From: Harriotta raleighana
Lineage: Eukaryota
Reading direction: 5' to 3'
DNA: 64,000 nt
Assembly: GCA_050575255.1 (NCBI GenBank)
Contig: JBNZDD010013701.1
Coordinates: 6,426,084 to 6,490,083 of the forward strand
The translations under genes were made by a program, and so were the position numbers. Below the pieces are notes generated by a model that saw nothing but the letters and a program-made list of their open reading frames with translations, searched no databases and was not told where the DNA came from. Below, piece after piece: positions 51,392-63,947 of this stretch. Within the stretch, counting starts at the first letter, position 1; each line of letters begins with the position of its first letter.

Positions 51392-52054
51392 CTCCCCCGT
51401 TTGGCATGATTGAGATCAGATGCTTGGCAAATGGGAAAGCCTGGTGTGAATTTGTGCTGCATATGGATTTCAGAATCTATTTACTGCATCGATGGCGCAA
51501 CATTTTCAATCTGAAAAGGCTTTAATGCTGAAAATTAAAACTGACCGATCTCATGTTTCCATCTGTAGTTGTGCCTTGTGTGGTGAATAATCTTAAAATG
51601 ATGTGGAAAGTTGAAGAGGCTTACTTCTGTTCAGTGCACACCTTTTAGGAATTCCTGCCTTGCAGGAGTTTCCAGAATAATGAACCTTTTGTGACTTGAA
51701 AGCTGAAGAATTTTCCCTGTGGCATTTTATAATTACATGTGGATTGATACCAACTTACTCCGGCTTTCTGCAGTTTAATTATTTTTTGAAGATTACAAGA
51801 GAGAAGGAGTTTGCAAAAGATTTGATATTGTTGTGTGAACAGTAAACCTGATACAGGTTGGCACCATCCCTTCTTGTTTCTTGTTAACAACATTATAGAA
51901 TTGCAAACAGCATTACAAAAGAAAGAAACTGCATTTATTAGCTCCTTATCATGTCTGTGGTCAATTACAGGAGTTGTGCTGCATTTGCTATAGTTTTACT
52001 AATAAGAATAGAAAGTATGTTCAGGATACCTTGCATCTTTTTTCTACCTCCCGA

Positions 52055-52650
52055 CAGATCGCCCATCTCCGGCAATATCTCACCCCAAAAGCTGCTGAAA
52101 CTCCAGTCCATGCCTTTGTCACCTCTCAGCTGGACTACTTCAATGCCCCCCTCGCCGGTCTCCCCTCCACCACGATCCATAAAATCCAACTCATTCAAAA
52201 CTCTGCCGCCCGCATTCTCACCCGCACCAAACTTCGCTCCCCCATTACCCCAGTCACTGGAGAGGATCTCCTTATCACGGAGAGAATCGATTTCAAGATC
52301 CTCACCCCTGTTTTCAAATCGCTACACTCCTCTGCAACCCTCTGCTTCTCTGACCTCCTCTCTCCACAAACCAGCCTTCGCACCACCGGGTCTGGCCTCC
52401 TCCATGTTCCCCGAATCCTCTGCTCCACTATCAGCGGCCGTGCCTTCAGCCACTAGTCCCCGAGGCTCTGGAACTCCCTTCCTCACTCCCTTCGCCTTTC
52501 CCCATCTCTTCCCAGCTAAAGACCTTTCTCTTCGACCGCGCCTTTAGTCACCTTTCTCCCCCTGCCTTGCCCCAGGGATCCGTTATTGTGAAGCACGCTG
52601 AAACGCCGTCCGGCATGGAGAGCACTATATAAATTCAAGTTGTTGTTGCA
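52055..52650 (+). mobile_element. L2 LINE 3' fragment
   Basis: IAHLRQYLTPKAAETPVHAFVTSQLDYFNAPLAGLPSTTIHKIQLIQNSAARILT is typical of the L2 ORF2 C-terminus; (gtt)n tail. Confidence 0.9.
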
Positions 52651-52876
52651 AGCTACCCAAATATGTCTTGCTGCAGAATCCACCTGACTCAAGCATGGCT
52701 TCGAAGACTATTTCCAGACTTGGCTACACCACCCCAAAGCTCCCTCACCTTAGCATAACTGCACTTTCTTCCCCAGGATCATTCAAGAGATGAAAGACAA
52801 TCTCAGGCTCTTCTCCGCCACCAACCATTTCCTCTGCTCACCTTTCCATGCAAAAATTACTTGAATCCAAGATTTA

Positions 52877-53170
52877 ATAATAATAATAAGCCTTGCATTT
52901 GGTATAGCACTTTTCATATCTTCTAGACGTCTCAAAGTGCTTCACAGAATATACTGTAAAGTGAATTGACTGTATATTTGTGGGCAAAAAGTGACAGCCA
53001 ATTGCAATGTCCCACAAACAATCGTGGATTGAAAATTACAATTTTTTTTTTAGGTATTATTATAAGGAGTGTGGAGTAAGGAAACTTGCCCAAGGTTTCA
53101 CCTTGCCTCGAATCGAACTTAGGTCTCTCGCTTGTAAGGCGAGTGCTCAAATGACTGGGCTACAGGACTC
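52877..53170 (-). mobile_element. SINE family A, full length
   Basis: Family head, body and tail. Confidence 0.9.
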
Positions 53171-53248
53171 TGTCTTACTCAGCTCCCTGCACCCTCTACC
53201 GCTGCCATCCTCTACCCACTCTCTTGTAGCTTCCTCACCTCTCATTCC

Positions 53249-53880
53249 AACAACAACAACAAAATTACATTTGTATAGCGCCTTTCACATCGGGAGGACG
53301 TCCCAAAGCGCTGAACAGCTCAGGTCGGGACCCGAGCAGGGCGGGGTGAGGGGGTGGGGGGAGTCAGGGGGAGGGGGAAAGAGAGTGGGAGAGAGGGAAG
53401 AGTTAGCGAGGAAGCCGAAGGCGCGGTCGAAGAGACCGGCCTTGAAGGAGGAAAGAGAGGAAGCAAGGTGGAGGGACTGTGGGATGGAGTTCCAGAGTGT
53501 GGGGGCAGAGAGGATGAAAGCCCGGCCACCGATGGTTGGGCGGTTAGGGCAGTGGACATGGAACAGGCCTGAGTCTGCTGGACTGAGGGTGCGGGTAGGC
53601 TGATAGGGAGACAGCAGATCAGAGAGATAGGCAGGGGCAAGGCTGTGAATGGCCTGAAGGTGAGGATGAGGATCTTGAAGTCGATCCTCTAGGGAATGGG
53701 GAGCTAGTGGAGACGGCAAGGGTGGGAGTGATGTGGTCACGAAGCCTGGTGCGGGAGAGTACACGGGCTGCAGAATTCTGAATGATCTGCAGCCTGTGAA
53801 GGGAGGAATTGGGAAGGCCGACAAGGAGAGAGTTCCCTTAGTCAAGCCTGGAAGTGATAAAGGCGTGATAAAGGTGTCCA
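53249..53880 (-). mobile_element. L2 LINE 3' fragment
   Basis: HSLAPAYLSDLLSPYQPTRTLS...GGRAFILSAPTLWNSIPQSL...SFKAGL; (caa)n tail on the + strand. Confidence 0.9.
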
Positions 53881-54015
53881 CTCCTTAGACCCCATCTCCC
53901 CCTTACTCCCTGGACTCCTGCCCCCTAGTTCTCCCTCTTCCTTACCAAACTCATCAATGTTATCAACCTACCCCTCTCCACTGGCAATGTAGCTCCTCTT
54001 TCAAAACTGCCATCA

Positions 54016-54303
54016 GGAATCCTGTAGCTCACTTAGAGCACTTGCCTCACAAACAAGTGCCCTGGTTTCGATTCCAGACAGGACAAAACCTCAGGCAAAT
54101 TTCCTTACTCCATATGTCTGATAATAATACCTAAAAAAAAAAGGTTGTTTCAATCCACGATTGTTTGTGGGACACTGCCCTGCGCAATTTTCTGCTGTTT
54201 TCACCCAAAAAATGTACAGTCAATTCACTTTACAGTATATTTTGCTTTGAGACGTCTAGAAGATGTAAAAAGTACTATATCAAATGCAAGGATTATTATT
54301 ATT
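54016..54303 (+). mobile_element. SINE family A, full length
   Basis: ggaatcctgtagctca head through gattattattatt tail. Confidence 0.88.
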
Positions 54304-54579
54304 ATCATCATTATCACAACCCTCCTCCTCAAGAAAACCCCAAGCAACACTTCCAGCTGTTATTCCATCCTCAAGTTAACCTTCCTCTCCAAAGTACCGG
54401 TACAAAGTATTGACTCCCAGCTTTGTTCATTTGTTTCCTACTACTCTCTCTTTGAGCTCCTCCAAGCTGATTTTTGTTGTGCCCACACCACTGATACTGT
54501 AGATTTTCTCCATCTACAGGCTTCCTTTACTTTCTTGTTCTCTTTGACCACTGACCACCCCATCTTTCTGCACCTGGTG

Positions 54580-54886
54580 AAATTATTTCCACTGATCGGT
54601 GAATCAGTAACTAAAAGATATCAATTTAAGATAGTAAACATGCGAATGGGGTAGTTTAGGGAAACCTTTCATGCACAGTATAGTTAGATTATGGAATGCC
54701 TTGCTGGTAACGGTAGATGAGCCAAGTTGCATATTGGCGTTTAAGAGCTAACCAGACAGTACCTTAAAAAAGATTCAACTCCAGGGAAATGAGGAAAGGG
54801 CAGGTAAGTAGGACTGAAATGATTGCTTTTGAAGGACACAGATATAATGGCCTGCTTCTGTGCCTTAAATTTCTATGATTCTATGA
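54580..54886 (+). mobile_element. CR1 3' fragment
   Basis: Degenerate RT C-terminus and ttctatgattctatga tail. Confidence 0.7.
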
Positions 54887-55452
54887 GGAGAGATAAGTGT
54901 GGGCTCCAAGATGATATTAAAATCAAGTTGATCTTTTGTGGCAGTCTGCCATTGTCCAGTGTCCGGGCCAGGCAGGTCTGCAGTATTCCAAGGCTCTGTT
55001 GATTACAGTTTCAGGCAGATCAATAGTACTTGGTAGGGCAATTGGTCACTGGGCGCAAGGATTCTTCCCACAAGAGTCCTGTTAATTCTGGAAGCCAAAA
55101 CCCGAATGTAGGATGGTTTTACCAGAGGAGGAGCTGGAAGGTTGCCAGATAATGCTTACAATAGCAAACTATGCAATTATAGTGAGTTAGCATGGTGCAT
55201 CTCTCCAGTGAGAGAATTAGTATTCCAGACACATGGGAAATTTTTATGTGTAGGTGGCAGGCATATGTGGAAAGCTTCCTAGTTTGGATACTCTTAAGCA
55301 TGGTATGTACTTGGTTTCCACATGTGTCAGATACACCACTATCCAAATGAAGTAGTGGGGACTGGGGGGAAATGGAAAAAGACGTTTTATTGGATGGGGA
55401 GGAGAAAAGGTATGGAATTCTGCAATCTGAAGAATTATTTACTCCTGCACAG

Positions 55453-55509
55453 ATTGAACTCCAAGATATAGAGCAAGACATTGAATTGAAGAATCAAAGG
55501 ATTGGAGAG
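55453..55509 (+). CDS. Coiled-coil protein, exon F (57 nt)
   Basis: Acceptor tttactcctgcacag; IELQDIEQDIELKNQRIGE with heptad periodicity; donor GAG|gtaatg; phase 0-0. Confidence 0.72.
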
Positions 55510-55930
55510 GTAATGGAGTCATTTTTTTCCAGTCGTTTTGATTGGTGGAGTTCCTGAGAATGTGAGCAGTGTGCGTGTTTATTTTACTTTAGGACTGGCC
55601 AAATAAACTGCAATGGTCATTTTGCAGCTCTACACATTCCTACTGTTGTTTACATTTTTATATTCCTAGGTAAGCTACGCTGCTAGGAAAGTAAAGACGC
55701 AAAGAAGGAAACCGTACAGAAAGCATTTGTGTTCGGCTATTACGGGTTGTGATGCAGTCAGAACCCACAATTATGACAGTTATCTTCCAATTCCATGAAG
55801 TGGATCAGTTTATCCTCTGAGAAAGTGCGCTGTAAGTGGCTGCAGCTTGCACCACTCATGCAAAGCAGCGTCTCAGAGCACGTGATACAGCTAATACCTG
55901 GCAATCTCATTCATTATGATAAAATAAAGT

Positions 55931-56327
55931 AATAATAATAATAATTCCATTTGATATAGCGCTTTTGATGTCTTCTAGACGTCTCAAAGCGCTTCACAGA
56001 ATATACTGTAAGATGAATTGTGGATGAAATGCGGCAGCCAATTGCGCACAGCAGTGACTCACAAACAGTCCAATTTATTATAGATTTGCTTTTTGACAGA
56101 TTATTATTAGGTGTGTGGAGTAAGGAAACTTGCCCAAGGTGTCACCCTGTCCGCCCACAAACATGCAGTCAATTCACTTTACAGTATATTCTGCGAAACC
56201 CTTTGAGATGTCTAGAAGACATGAAAAGCAATATATCAAATGCTACATCAAATGCAAGGATTATTATCATTCAAACACATCTCACACTTGTAAGGCGAGT
56301 GCTCTAACCACTGAGCTACAGGACTCT
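55931..56327 (-). mobile_element. SINE family A containing an inverted nested copy
   Basis: Minus-strand tail and body at 55931-56151, plus-strand 3' fragment at 56152-56268, minus-strand head at 56270-56327. Confidence 0.8.
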
Positions 56328-56346
56328 ACTGTACACCGAGTACACT

Positions 56347-56597
56347 AACAACAACAAATTGTATTTATATAGATACTTTCATGCTGGAGGATATCCCAAG
56401 ACCCTAGACAATCAAGGGTTTGTATCTGAACGGGGGAGTTGGAATCAAGAGGAGTGGTGGGGGTGGGAAAATGACTGAAGGCACAGTCAAAGAGGAAGAT
56501 GTTGAGATGGGCCTTGAAGGAGGCAAGGGCAAAGGGATTATGGGATGAAGTTCCAGAGGGTGGGGGCAGAACGGCTGAAGGCTCGACTCTCACTGGT
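56347..56597 (-). mobile_element. L2 3' fragment
   Basis: ASFKAHLNIFLFDCAF peptide and (aac)n tail. Confidence 0.8.
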
Positions 56598-58001
56598 GCC
56601 GATTAACAAAGAACTGATTCTAAAATCAGTCTGGTATATGCAAAACCAGACAGTTGGGTTCAAACCTGTTTAGATTTGTCTGTGGATTTAAACACAATTT
56701 AGGATTTCCGAAGTTGCCTGAAATCACTTTGTCCTATCAGTTATTTTCTTACAAAAATAATACAATATAATGGGGCAGTGTTTTATTTTTTTCTGTGGTT
56801 TTATTTAGTGTTTGGATTTGTTTAAGGCAAGCAATGGCAGACAAGCCAGATATAGAGTGCCACTGGGCCCCACAATGTCTGCACAGTGTGTTTAATTATT
56901 GTTCTGTCATTATTGCAAAAATAAGTTGGTTTCTGGTGAATGCAACAGCTAATAAGAATATACATAATAATTGATGACTGGGAGTAATTACAAGGTAGTA
57001 ATCTCACCCAGAATGTTCAGTGACCATATAAAAGACAGGATTAAACCGCTATGAGATGAAATGTGGCCTTGAAATTTTTTTGCGATCTATACTGTGTAAT
57101 TTTCTTTGGAGTGCAATTTATATTTTGCTGCCCTTTATGACGGCAGTAACCTGGTGGATAGTGACAGCTTGTACACATCCTGTTGTCTTTGTGATAATAC
57201 ATTCACTAAAAGGTTAACAGTATGGTGTAATCAATGTAAGATTGAGTTAAATACCAGTGATTGTTGGCAAAGAATATACACGATTATAATGTATATAAAA
57301 TATATCAACAATTACTAAAGCATATAATACCATAGCATGTACTACCATTTTATTTTGGCAAATACTGAGCTTTTTTGTGTGTGAAAATATCAACAACAAC
57401 AAGATTAGACTTGTATAGCACCTTTCATGTCAGGAGATGGATACATGTCAAGGAGATGGATATTCAATATCATAGTTATTTTTGTGTGAAAATATTATGG
57501 AGTATGAAATCCTGGACAAATAAAGCTTCCCACAGAGCAGTTCATCTGTACTGATCCACACGAGAATGCAAAACTGCTTGCACAGCACATGGTGTACTTC
57601 AGAGCACTAACATTTGCGCTTTGTGGTTTTTAGAATCTATTTTCCTGTTGTATGTTGACATAATATGCATGACTTAAACCTATCAGTATTTTTTAAGGTC
57701 TACAGATGCACAAGTGAGTACAACACACCATCATGTGAAATGAACACAATTTCAAGCCCAAACTATTTCCTTTCACTCAGATATCCACACCCCCCCCCCA
57801 TCCCTGCCCACCCACCCCCACATCCAACACACACAGAAATGACTTATGTAATTGAATTATCATAAAGGCTACAACCAGAAATAGAATATTATCAGACAAC
57901 TGATTAATCTCTGTTTCTCAGCTGCATAGGGAATGTCAGATCCCTTCATACTCCCCTTCAGTTCCATTCTGAGCAGTGGGTAGCTCTTTTCATTTCTGTC
58001 A

Positions 58002-58265
58002 CACAGGCTGAGTAAAATATTTAATAAATGCTCAGGGCTCACCCAAAACTGTGGCAAAAACCACAAATTGCGTTTCCACTGTCTAACATTCTTCTCATCC
58101 TCCCGGCCCTTATCCATATGTCTCAAGAGACATANCACAGGCTGAGTAAAATATTTAATAAATGCTCAGGGCTCACCCAAAACTGGCAAAAACCACAAAT
58201 TACGTTTCCACTGTCTAACATTCTTCTCATCCTCCCGGCCCTTATCCATATGTCTCAAGAGACAT
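58002..58265 (+). repeat. About 130-bp tandem duplication around a single N (probable assembly artefact)
   Basis: 58002-58134 versus 58136-58265, differing by a 2-nt indel and a G/A change; N at 58135. Confidence 0.9.
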
Positions 58266-59914
58266 GCAGCTTCCTTTCAGGAGTGAATTAAACCCAGATT
58301 TACCAAAGAGGTTGAATAAAATATTTGAAAAGGAAAACGGCAGTTTAAATAGCTCACGCACCAGAAAATTCACCTTGGGACGTGAAATATCTCACATACA
58401 AGAAATGGCATGTATGTCACGTGCATCTGAGGCCTCTGTCCTTAGACTATTTCAGTTCGGAGCAGAATGCCCATGGGTCAGCATGACATGTCGAGTACTC
58501 TTTTGGAGCACAGTATAACCCTAGGCATTTGGGGCCATTTTCGCTGCAGTTTCCGTTCAAGCACATTTTTAACCTCTTTGTCACAAGTGACTGGCTTGAC
58601 TTGTAAACCCTATTTCGCACAACAACATATTTCATACAATAACTTGCATTTATTTAGCGCGCCTCATGGAGGGGGGCATCCCAGAGCACTTCAATACATA
58701 CCACAATGTATGAGAGACAATCTAGTTATTCTGGACCACATTCAGCATGGCCAGAGAGCACATATTGAAATGTTGAAATGTTTGTTCCTGATGCTACACT
58801 TTTCGGGCAGAAATGGCTAATAGAAGGATGACTAATAGCTTTCAGGAAGATCTGGACAAATGAAACAGATGGGAGAAGAAGCAGCAGATGGATTTTAAAT
58901 CTAGATAAACGTAAGGTAATGTGCATTGGATCAAGCAAATGATGTGCACATAGTAAAGGGGTTTCCATTAGCAGAGATGCAGAAGGGTGTTTGAAGCTGC
59001 TGCCAACAAAATGAATCAAAAAGTAGGTGCAATCTTGAGAGCATGTGACTATTAGGTTAGAAGGTTATTAATCATACCATGAGCGGATACCACACATAGA
59101 ATATTGAGTGAAAAATGGCATTGTGCAACTTGTTAATTAACACCAATGGAATTAATCATTGAAATTTGAAACTGTGATAATTAACAAATTGACCAGTTTC
59201 TAGATGCACTAGAGATTAGAGATTAATCCTACCCTCTTGTAATCTATCATTACAATGTCAATTTAGTCTTTTTTCTAAAACAATGTTTGCGGTGGGACAC
59301 GTTTTCAAGAGGTGTCAAAATGCTTCACGGAATATACTGTAAACTGAATTGACTACATTTTTGTGGGCACAGTGTGGCAGTCAAGTGCACACGGTAGTTG
59401 TTCCACAAACAAAAGTGGATTAAAATGACTTTTTTCTTCTGTATTATTTTCTCTATGTATATTTTGTCTTTGTATTATTTTGAATAATCTCCTCAAACAA
59501 TTTTTTAAATCTAGCATCTTCCACATGAGAAAATTTACAAATCTATAAGACTTATATCAGAAACAAGAAATAGCAATAGACCCAGCAAGTTTGTTCCTGG
59601 TTCCCAATTACAAATACCTGCTTGATTTCTCATGGTAACCCTTTTTTTCTCCAATCATGAATGCAGTTTCCTCTCGAGCCTATTTACATTTAAATGGTCC
59701 TCTCTAGTAGTGTACCTTCTTATGTGCAATTGTATAGATGTAGGTAACCACTGTATTGTGCAATACCTTTCTGACCCTTGAGATTTTAATATGATTCCTC
59801 CATTCTTTGGTCCATTTCTATCATGAAGCACTACATTTGCCTTAATAAAATGAACATTTATTTTTCAGGGTTTATTTCACTTAAATCATGTTGTTTGGAG
59901 CAATGCCATCTTGG

Positions 59915-60292
59915 GTCAGCCTGGATCAGTAGTTAGCACTCTTACGCTCCCAAATTGGGACTTTGAACCTGTAGAGTCCAAGCTGACAGTCTAATACAGT
60001 GCTGGGGATGTGCTGAGTTGCCAGAGGTACAGTCCTATGGATGAAACATTAAACCAAGGTCCTGTCTGCCTGTCCAGCTGGATATTAAAGATCTGGTGTC
60101 ACTTTTTAAACGAGAAGACAGTTTCTCCCAGTGTCCCGGCCAACAATTCCACAGATAAAATTGTCACTCACCCCATAGCTGGTTGTAGGACATTGCTTTG
60201 TACAAATTGGTGGCCACACATGCCTACAAAATACACAGCCATTTTACCCTTTATAATATATAAAGCACTATATGAAATGCAAAGATTATTAT
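59915..60292 (+). mobile_element. Deu-domain SINE (DeuSINE)
   Basis: ggatgaaacattaaaccaaggtcctgtctgcc...ggatattaaagatc...tgtcccggccaac resembles the recalled Deu core; L2-type tail. Other Deu fragments near 46255-46415 (-) and 42770-42870 (+). Confidence 0.7.
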
Positions 60293-60984
60293 CTTCTAAA
60301 TTGTACAGATTTAGAGTGTGTTCTAAAGTTACTGTTTTGATATTTATTCTGTCAAACAAGTGTCCATTGGTAAGTCTATTTAAACACTTGTTTACTAAAC
60401 AGTAAACGTGACAATTATGTTTTCATTTTATTAGATAATAAAGTGCTTATTTAAGCCTTGCTCTCTGATTAGAAGAGGCAGTAGGTGTGTTTCAAAACTA
60501 ACATCTCAAGGATCAGATAATTTATCTGATGCAATCCATTGCCTCAGCCAAACCATTTGAATTACTCCCTGCAATCCACAAATAGTTAATTATCTATTTT
60601 AGCTCTCACTGAATACCTGGTGAGTAAGAGTTACAAGATGGGGAATGACGTATTTTCTGTATTGATTAGATATGTATAGTATTTTGAGAATGCTATTTTT
60701 AAACATGTCACCTAGCATGATGATTCACTGCATTTCATCTTAAAATCTGAGTTCAAGCAAACTGGCATGATCATGTAATGTGTTTGATCTCTACATCAAT
60801 TAATTTGAAGGTATGTACCTATGATCATCACATGATTCTCAGCCATGAGAATCTTAGAAGGCTCAAGGTACTTGCCTCCTAAAGGGAAAGAAAATCCCTT
60901 GGGTGCTCTTATGTAATTCCTCTGGTCAGAAATCAAATGAAAACCAATCCTGCCTCCTGAAAACCTGCACCAAGCTGCGTGACG

Positions 60985-61460
60985 CTATCAGTCTATCAGC
61001 CATACTCTCACCCAGCAATTCAGGCTTCTCATCCCCCAGAGGATAGAGTTCAAAATCTTCGTCCTTGCTTTCAAGGCCTTGCCTTGCTTCTCCCTACTTC
61101 TGTGACTTTCTAACTCCATATAGTTCTTTCTGCTCCCTCTGCTCAACGATCTCCAGCTTGCTCCATCATCCCCGCCTGACAATTGACTTTCGGGCCTTCA
61201 GAATTTCTGCCGAAACCCTTTGAAACTCCATCCCACAGTCCCTTCACCTCACCCCCCGCCTGGCTTCCTTCAATGTCCGTCTCAAGACTCACACGTTCAA
61301 TTGCACCTTCGGTCACCCTCCTACCCCTACCCTCCCTGTCCTCCGTCCTTAATTGATTGCAACTCCCAGTTCGGATCCAAATTCCTTGATTGTCCAGTGT
61401 CTTGGGATATCCTCCCAACGTGAAAGGAGCTATACAAATGTAATTTGTTGTTGTTGTTGA
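60985..61460 (+). mobile_element. L2 3' fragment
   Basis: atagagttcaaaatcttcgtcc (IEFKI) through gtgaaaggagctatacaaatg(ttg)n tail. Confidence 0.82.
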
Positions 61461-62326
61461 TGTTGGGTTTAGACTTGAGATCTACTGGATGCCAAAAGAT
61501 CATGATAACTACCTTATTATCTATAATCATTATTTCTTTACTACATGTTAAATATTGTAATAGTATCACAACTTTTGGTTGAAAATATTTGTTGAACAAT
61601 TAGTTTGTTGTCCTGAAATTGAGTTTCCCTGAAAAATATCGGTAGGATTTTGGAATCTTACTGTCTAATTTAGTGTAATTTGAGAAAATATCTGTGGCCT
61701 TTTAAAAGCGCTAGCACTTAAGATACTTAAACATCTGGATGAGGGGAGAAAATTGGTGATGGAAAAGCATGTAAGCAAAATAGCACTGCAGATATTTCTG
61801 CTTACAGGAGGGAGTACATTACTTTTTCCTTTATATAAGGGAATGTAAGGACACTGAATAGTGCAGGGTCGCTGAGTTCTGTAATTTAGCACACTGTTCT
61901 TTGACCTCAGGATTCTGGTTTTGAATGTAGTCAGACTAATGGAATGAAATACGTCTCTTCATGACAGCTGGAAGATTTCTGTGTGAAATGACCTTCAGTT
62001 ACAAGCAGCTACATGCCCTGGGCAGAAATCAGCCAGTCAAATGTTTAGTGAGGCAAAATATGCATTTAGATTTTATTCAAAATAATCACTTTGATTTTAG
62101 ATTTGTCCATTTTATGCAAAATCACACAAATTGTTGCTTCAACTATGGTGTGTGCCATTGGCTGCCTCATTTTGCCCACAACCTGTCTAGTCGATTCACT
62201 TTGCAGTATATTCTGTGAAGCACTTTGCGACTTCTCGAAGATGTGATAAGGCGCAATATTAAATTCAAGCATTATTATGTCAACAACAAGAACAATTTGT
62301 TTCGATAGCACTTGGAATTATAAATA

Positions 62327-62716
62327 CAGTAAAAGCTTGGTTATCCGGCACCCAACCAATCGGAACGATCAACCAACCAGTATCTCCCAATACAATTCAC
62401 CATTCCAGCAACCAGATCTCATACCGTAGCCATCTGGGACACTCGCGGTATGCTCTCTTTGCGCATGCGCACTTATTAAACTTACCGAACGCTGGAATGC
62501 TTTTTACAGATCATTTTACCAAGTGTGCTGGAATGCTTTATTGGTATTTTCCATGCAATATTCTGTTATTATTTACTCTATTATTAATATGGTATGTTTT
62601 AAAATAAGTTAATTTTTGTGTAAGATTTTGGACAACTTGCTGCTCCAATATCAGGCATATTTAATTAACCGGAAACTGTCAGGTACTGTGGGTGCTGGGT
62701 AACGAAGCTTTTACTG
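62327..62716. mobile_element. MITE family B
   Basis: TA|cagtaaaagcttggttatcc ... gggtaacgaagcttttactg|TA, with shared interior aatattctgttattattt. Confidence 0.85.
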
Positions 62717-63508
62717 TATCAATGTAATTTTGTTGTTGTTAGCATTTCATTTAAGATGAAAGCCTTGAAACATCAATCACTCAGTAGAACGGGAATTTAA
62801 GGGAATTCACCAATGCTTTGGCAAAAAAATAAGTCGGCTGTTGAAGAATGGGGAGGGAGGCACAAATGCGGGGAGTTTGAAAACAGTTCCAGAGTGAGAG
62901 TCTAGAGACTGAAATCTATACCACCTGTGGTGGGGTTGAGGAATTGGCAACAGACAGTTGACTGGAGTTTGAGAAGCAGAAGTACAGATAAGAAATTAGG
63001 GCTGGAGGAGATTATAAAGTGGAGCAAGACTATCAAGTGATTTGAAGGATAGGCCCAGGATCTTGGATAAAACAGTTTGGGAATAGATGGCTCTGGAGTA
63101 CACAGACTGAATTGGGAGTGGCCAGGCTGGATTTAGGGGTGGATAGATAACTCTTAAATTTAATTGTAAGATTATTGGAGTTATTGATGGGATGGGTGGT
63201 GGGGTCTTCTACCCAGCACCTTGGGACGTCCTCCTGATGTGAAAGGTGCTCTATAAATGTAATTTTATTGTTGTTGTTTCCTTCGAAACCTTCTTCAAAT
63301 CATTTGTTTGACTATCTGTTTGACCATGCCTTTGTTTAACACCCTTAACATGCTCTTTTCCTCAATGCTTGGATTTCACAAATCCTGAGTCTGACTGTGA
63401 ATTGTGAAACACAATTAAACATTCATCCCACAAAGTGACTGAATAAATGCAATTTGTTATGTATAAAGTTAGATACTTGTGATTTGTTTATGTATACCTC
63501 ACATAATG

Positions 63509-63810
63509 TGGAGTCCTGTATGTAGCTCAGTGGTTAAAGCACTCGCCTTGCAAACAATAGACTTGGATTCGATTTCAGGCAGGGCGAAACCTTGGGCAAG
63601 ATTCCTTATTCCACACTCCTGATAATAATCTCTCAAAATAAGCAATAATAAATTGGTCATTTCAATCTGTTTATGGGACTGCTGTACACAGTTGCTGTCG
63701 TGTTTCGCCCACAAGATATACAGTCAATCCACTTAACGGTATATTCTGTGAAGCACTTTGAGACGTCTAGAAGATGTAAAAATCGCTGAATCAAATGCAA
63801 GGATTATTAT
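63509..63810 (+). mobile_element. SINE family A, full length
   Basis: ggagtcctgtatgtagctcagtgg...gccttgcaa head through gattattat tail. Confidence 0.9.
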
Positions 63811-63947
63811 AATAGATTCATAGTTACTCACAGAGTTGTGACCAGTGGAAATGTTGATCCCTTCATATAAACTGCACATGGTTCATATCTGCATTGGGCA
63901 TCGATAATTTCATTAATTCATAACTTTTATGTGTGTTTTGCTTTCAG

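Noticed and set aside
51320-51400. Poly-C run near the N at 51328 and poly-G after the N at 29842 as G-quadruplex elements
   Set aside because: Gap-adjacent homopolymers of unreliable length.
51951-53881. Longest ORFs (160-198 aa)
   Set aside because: Frameshifted L2 ORF2 remnants or their antisense frames.
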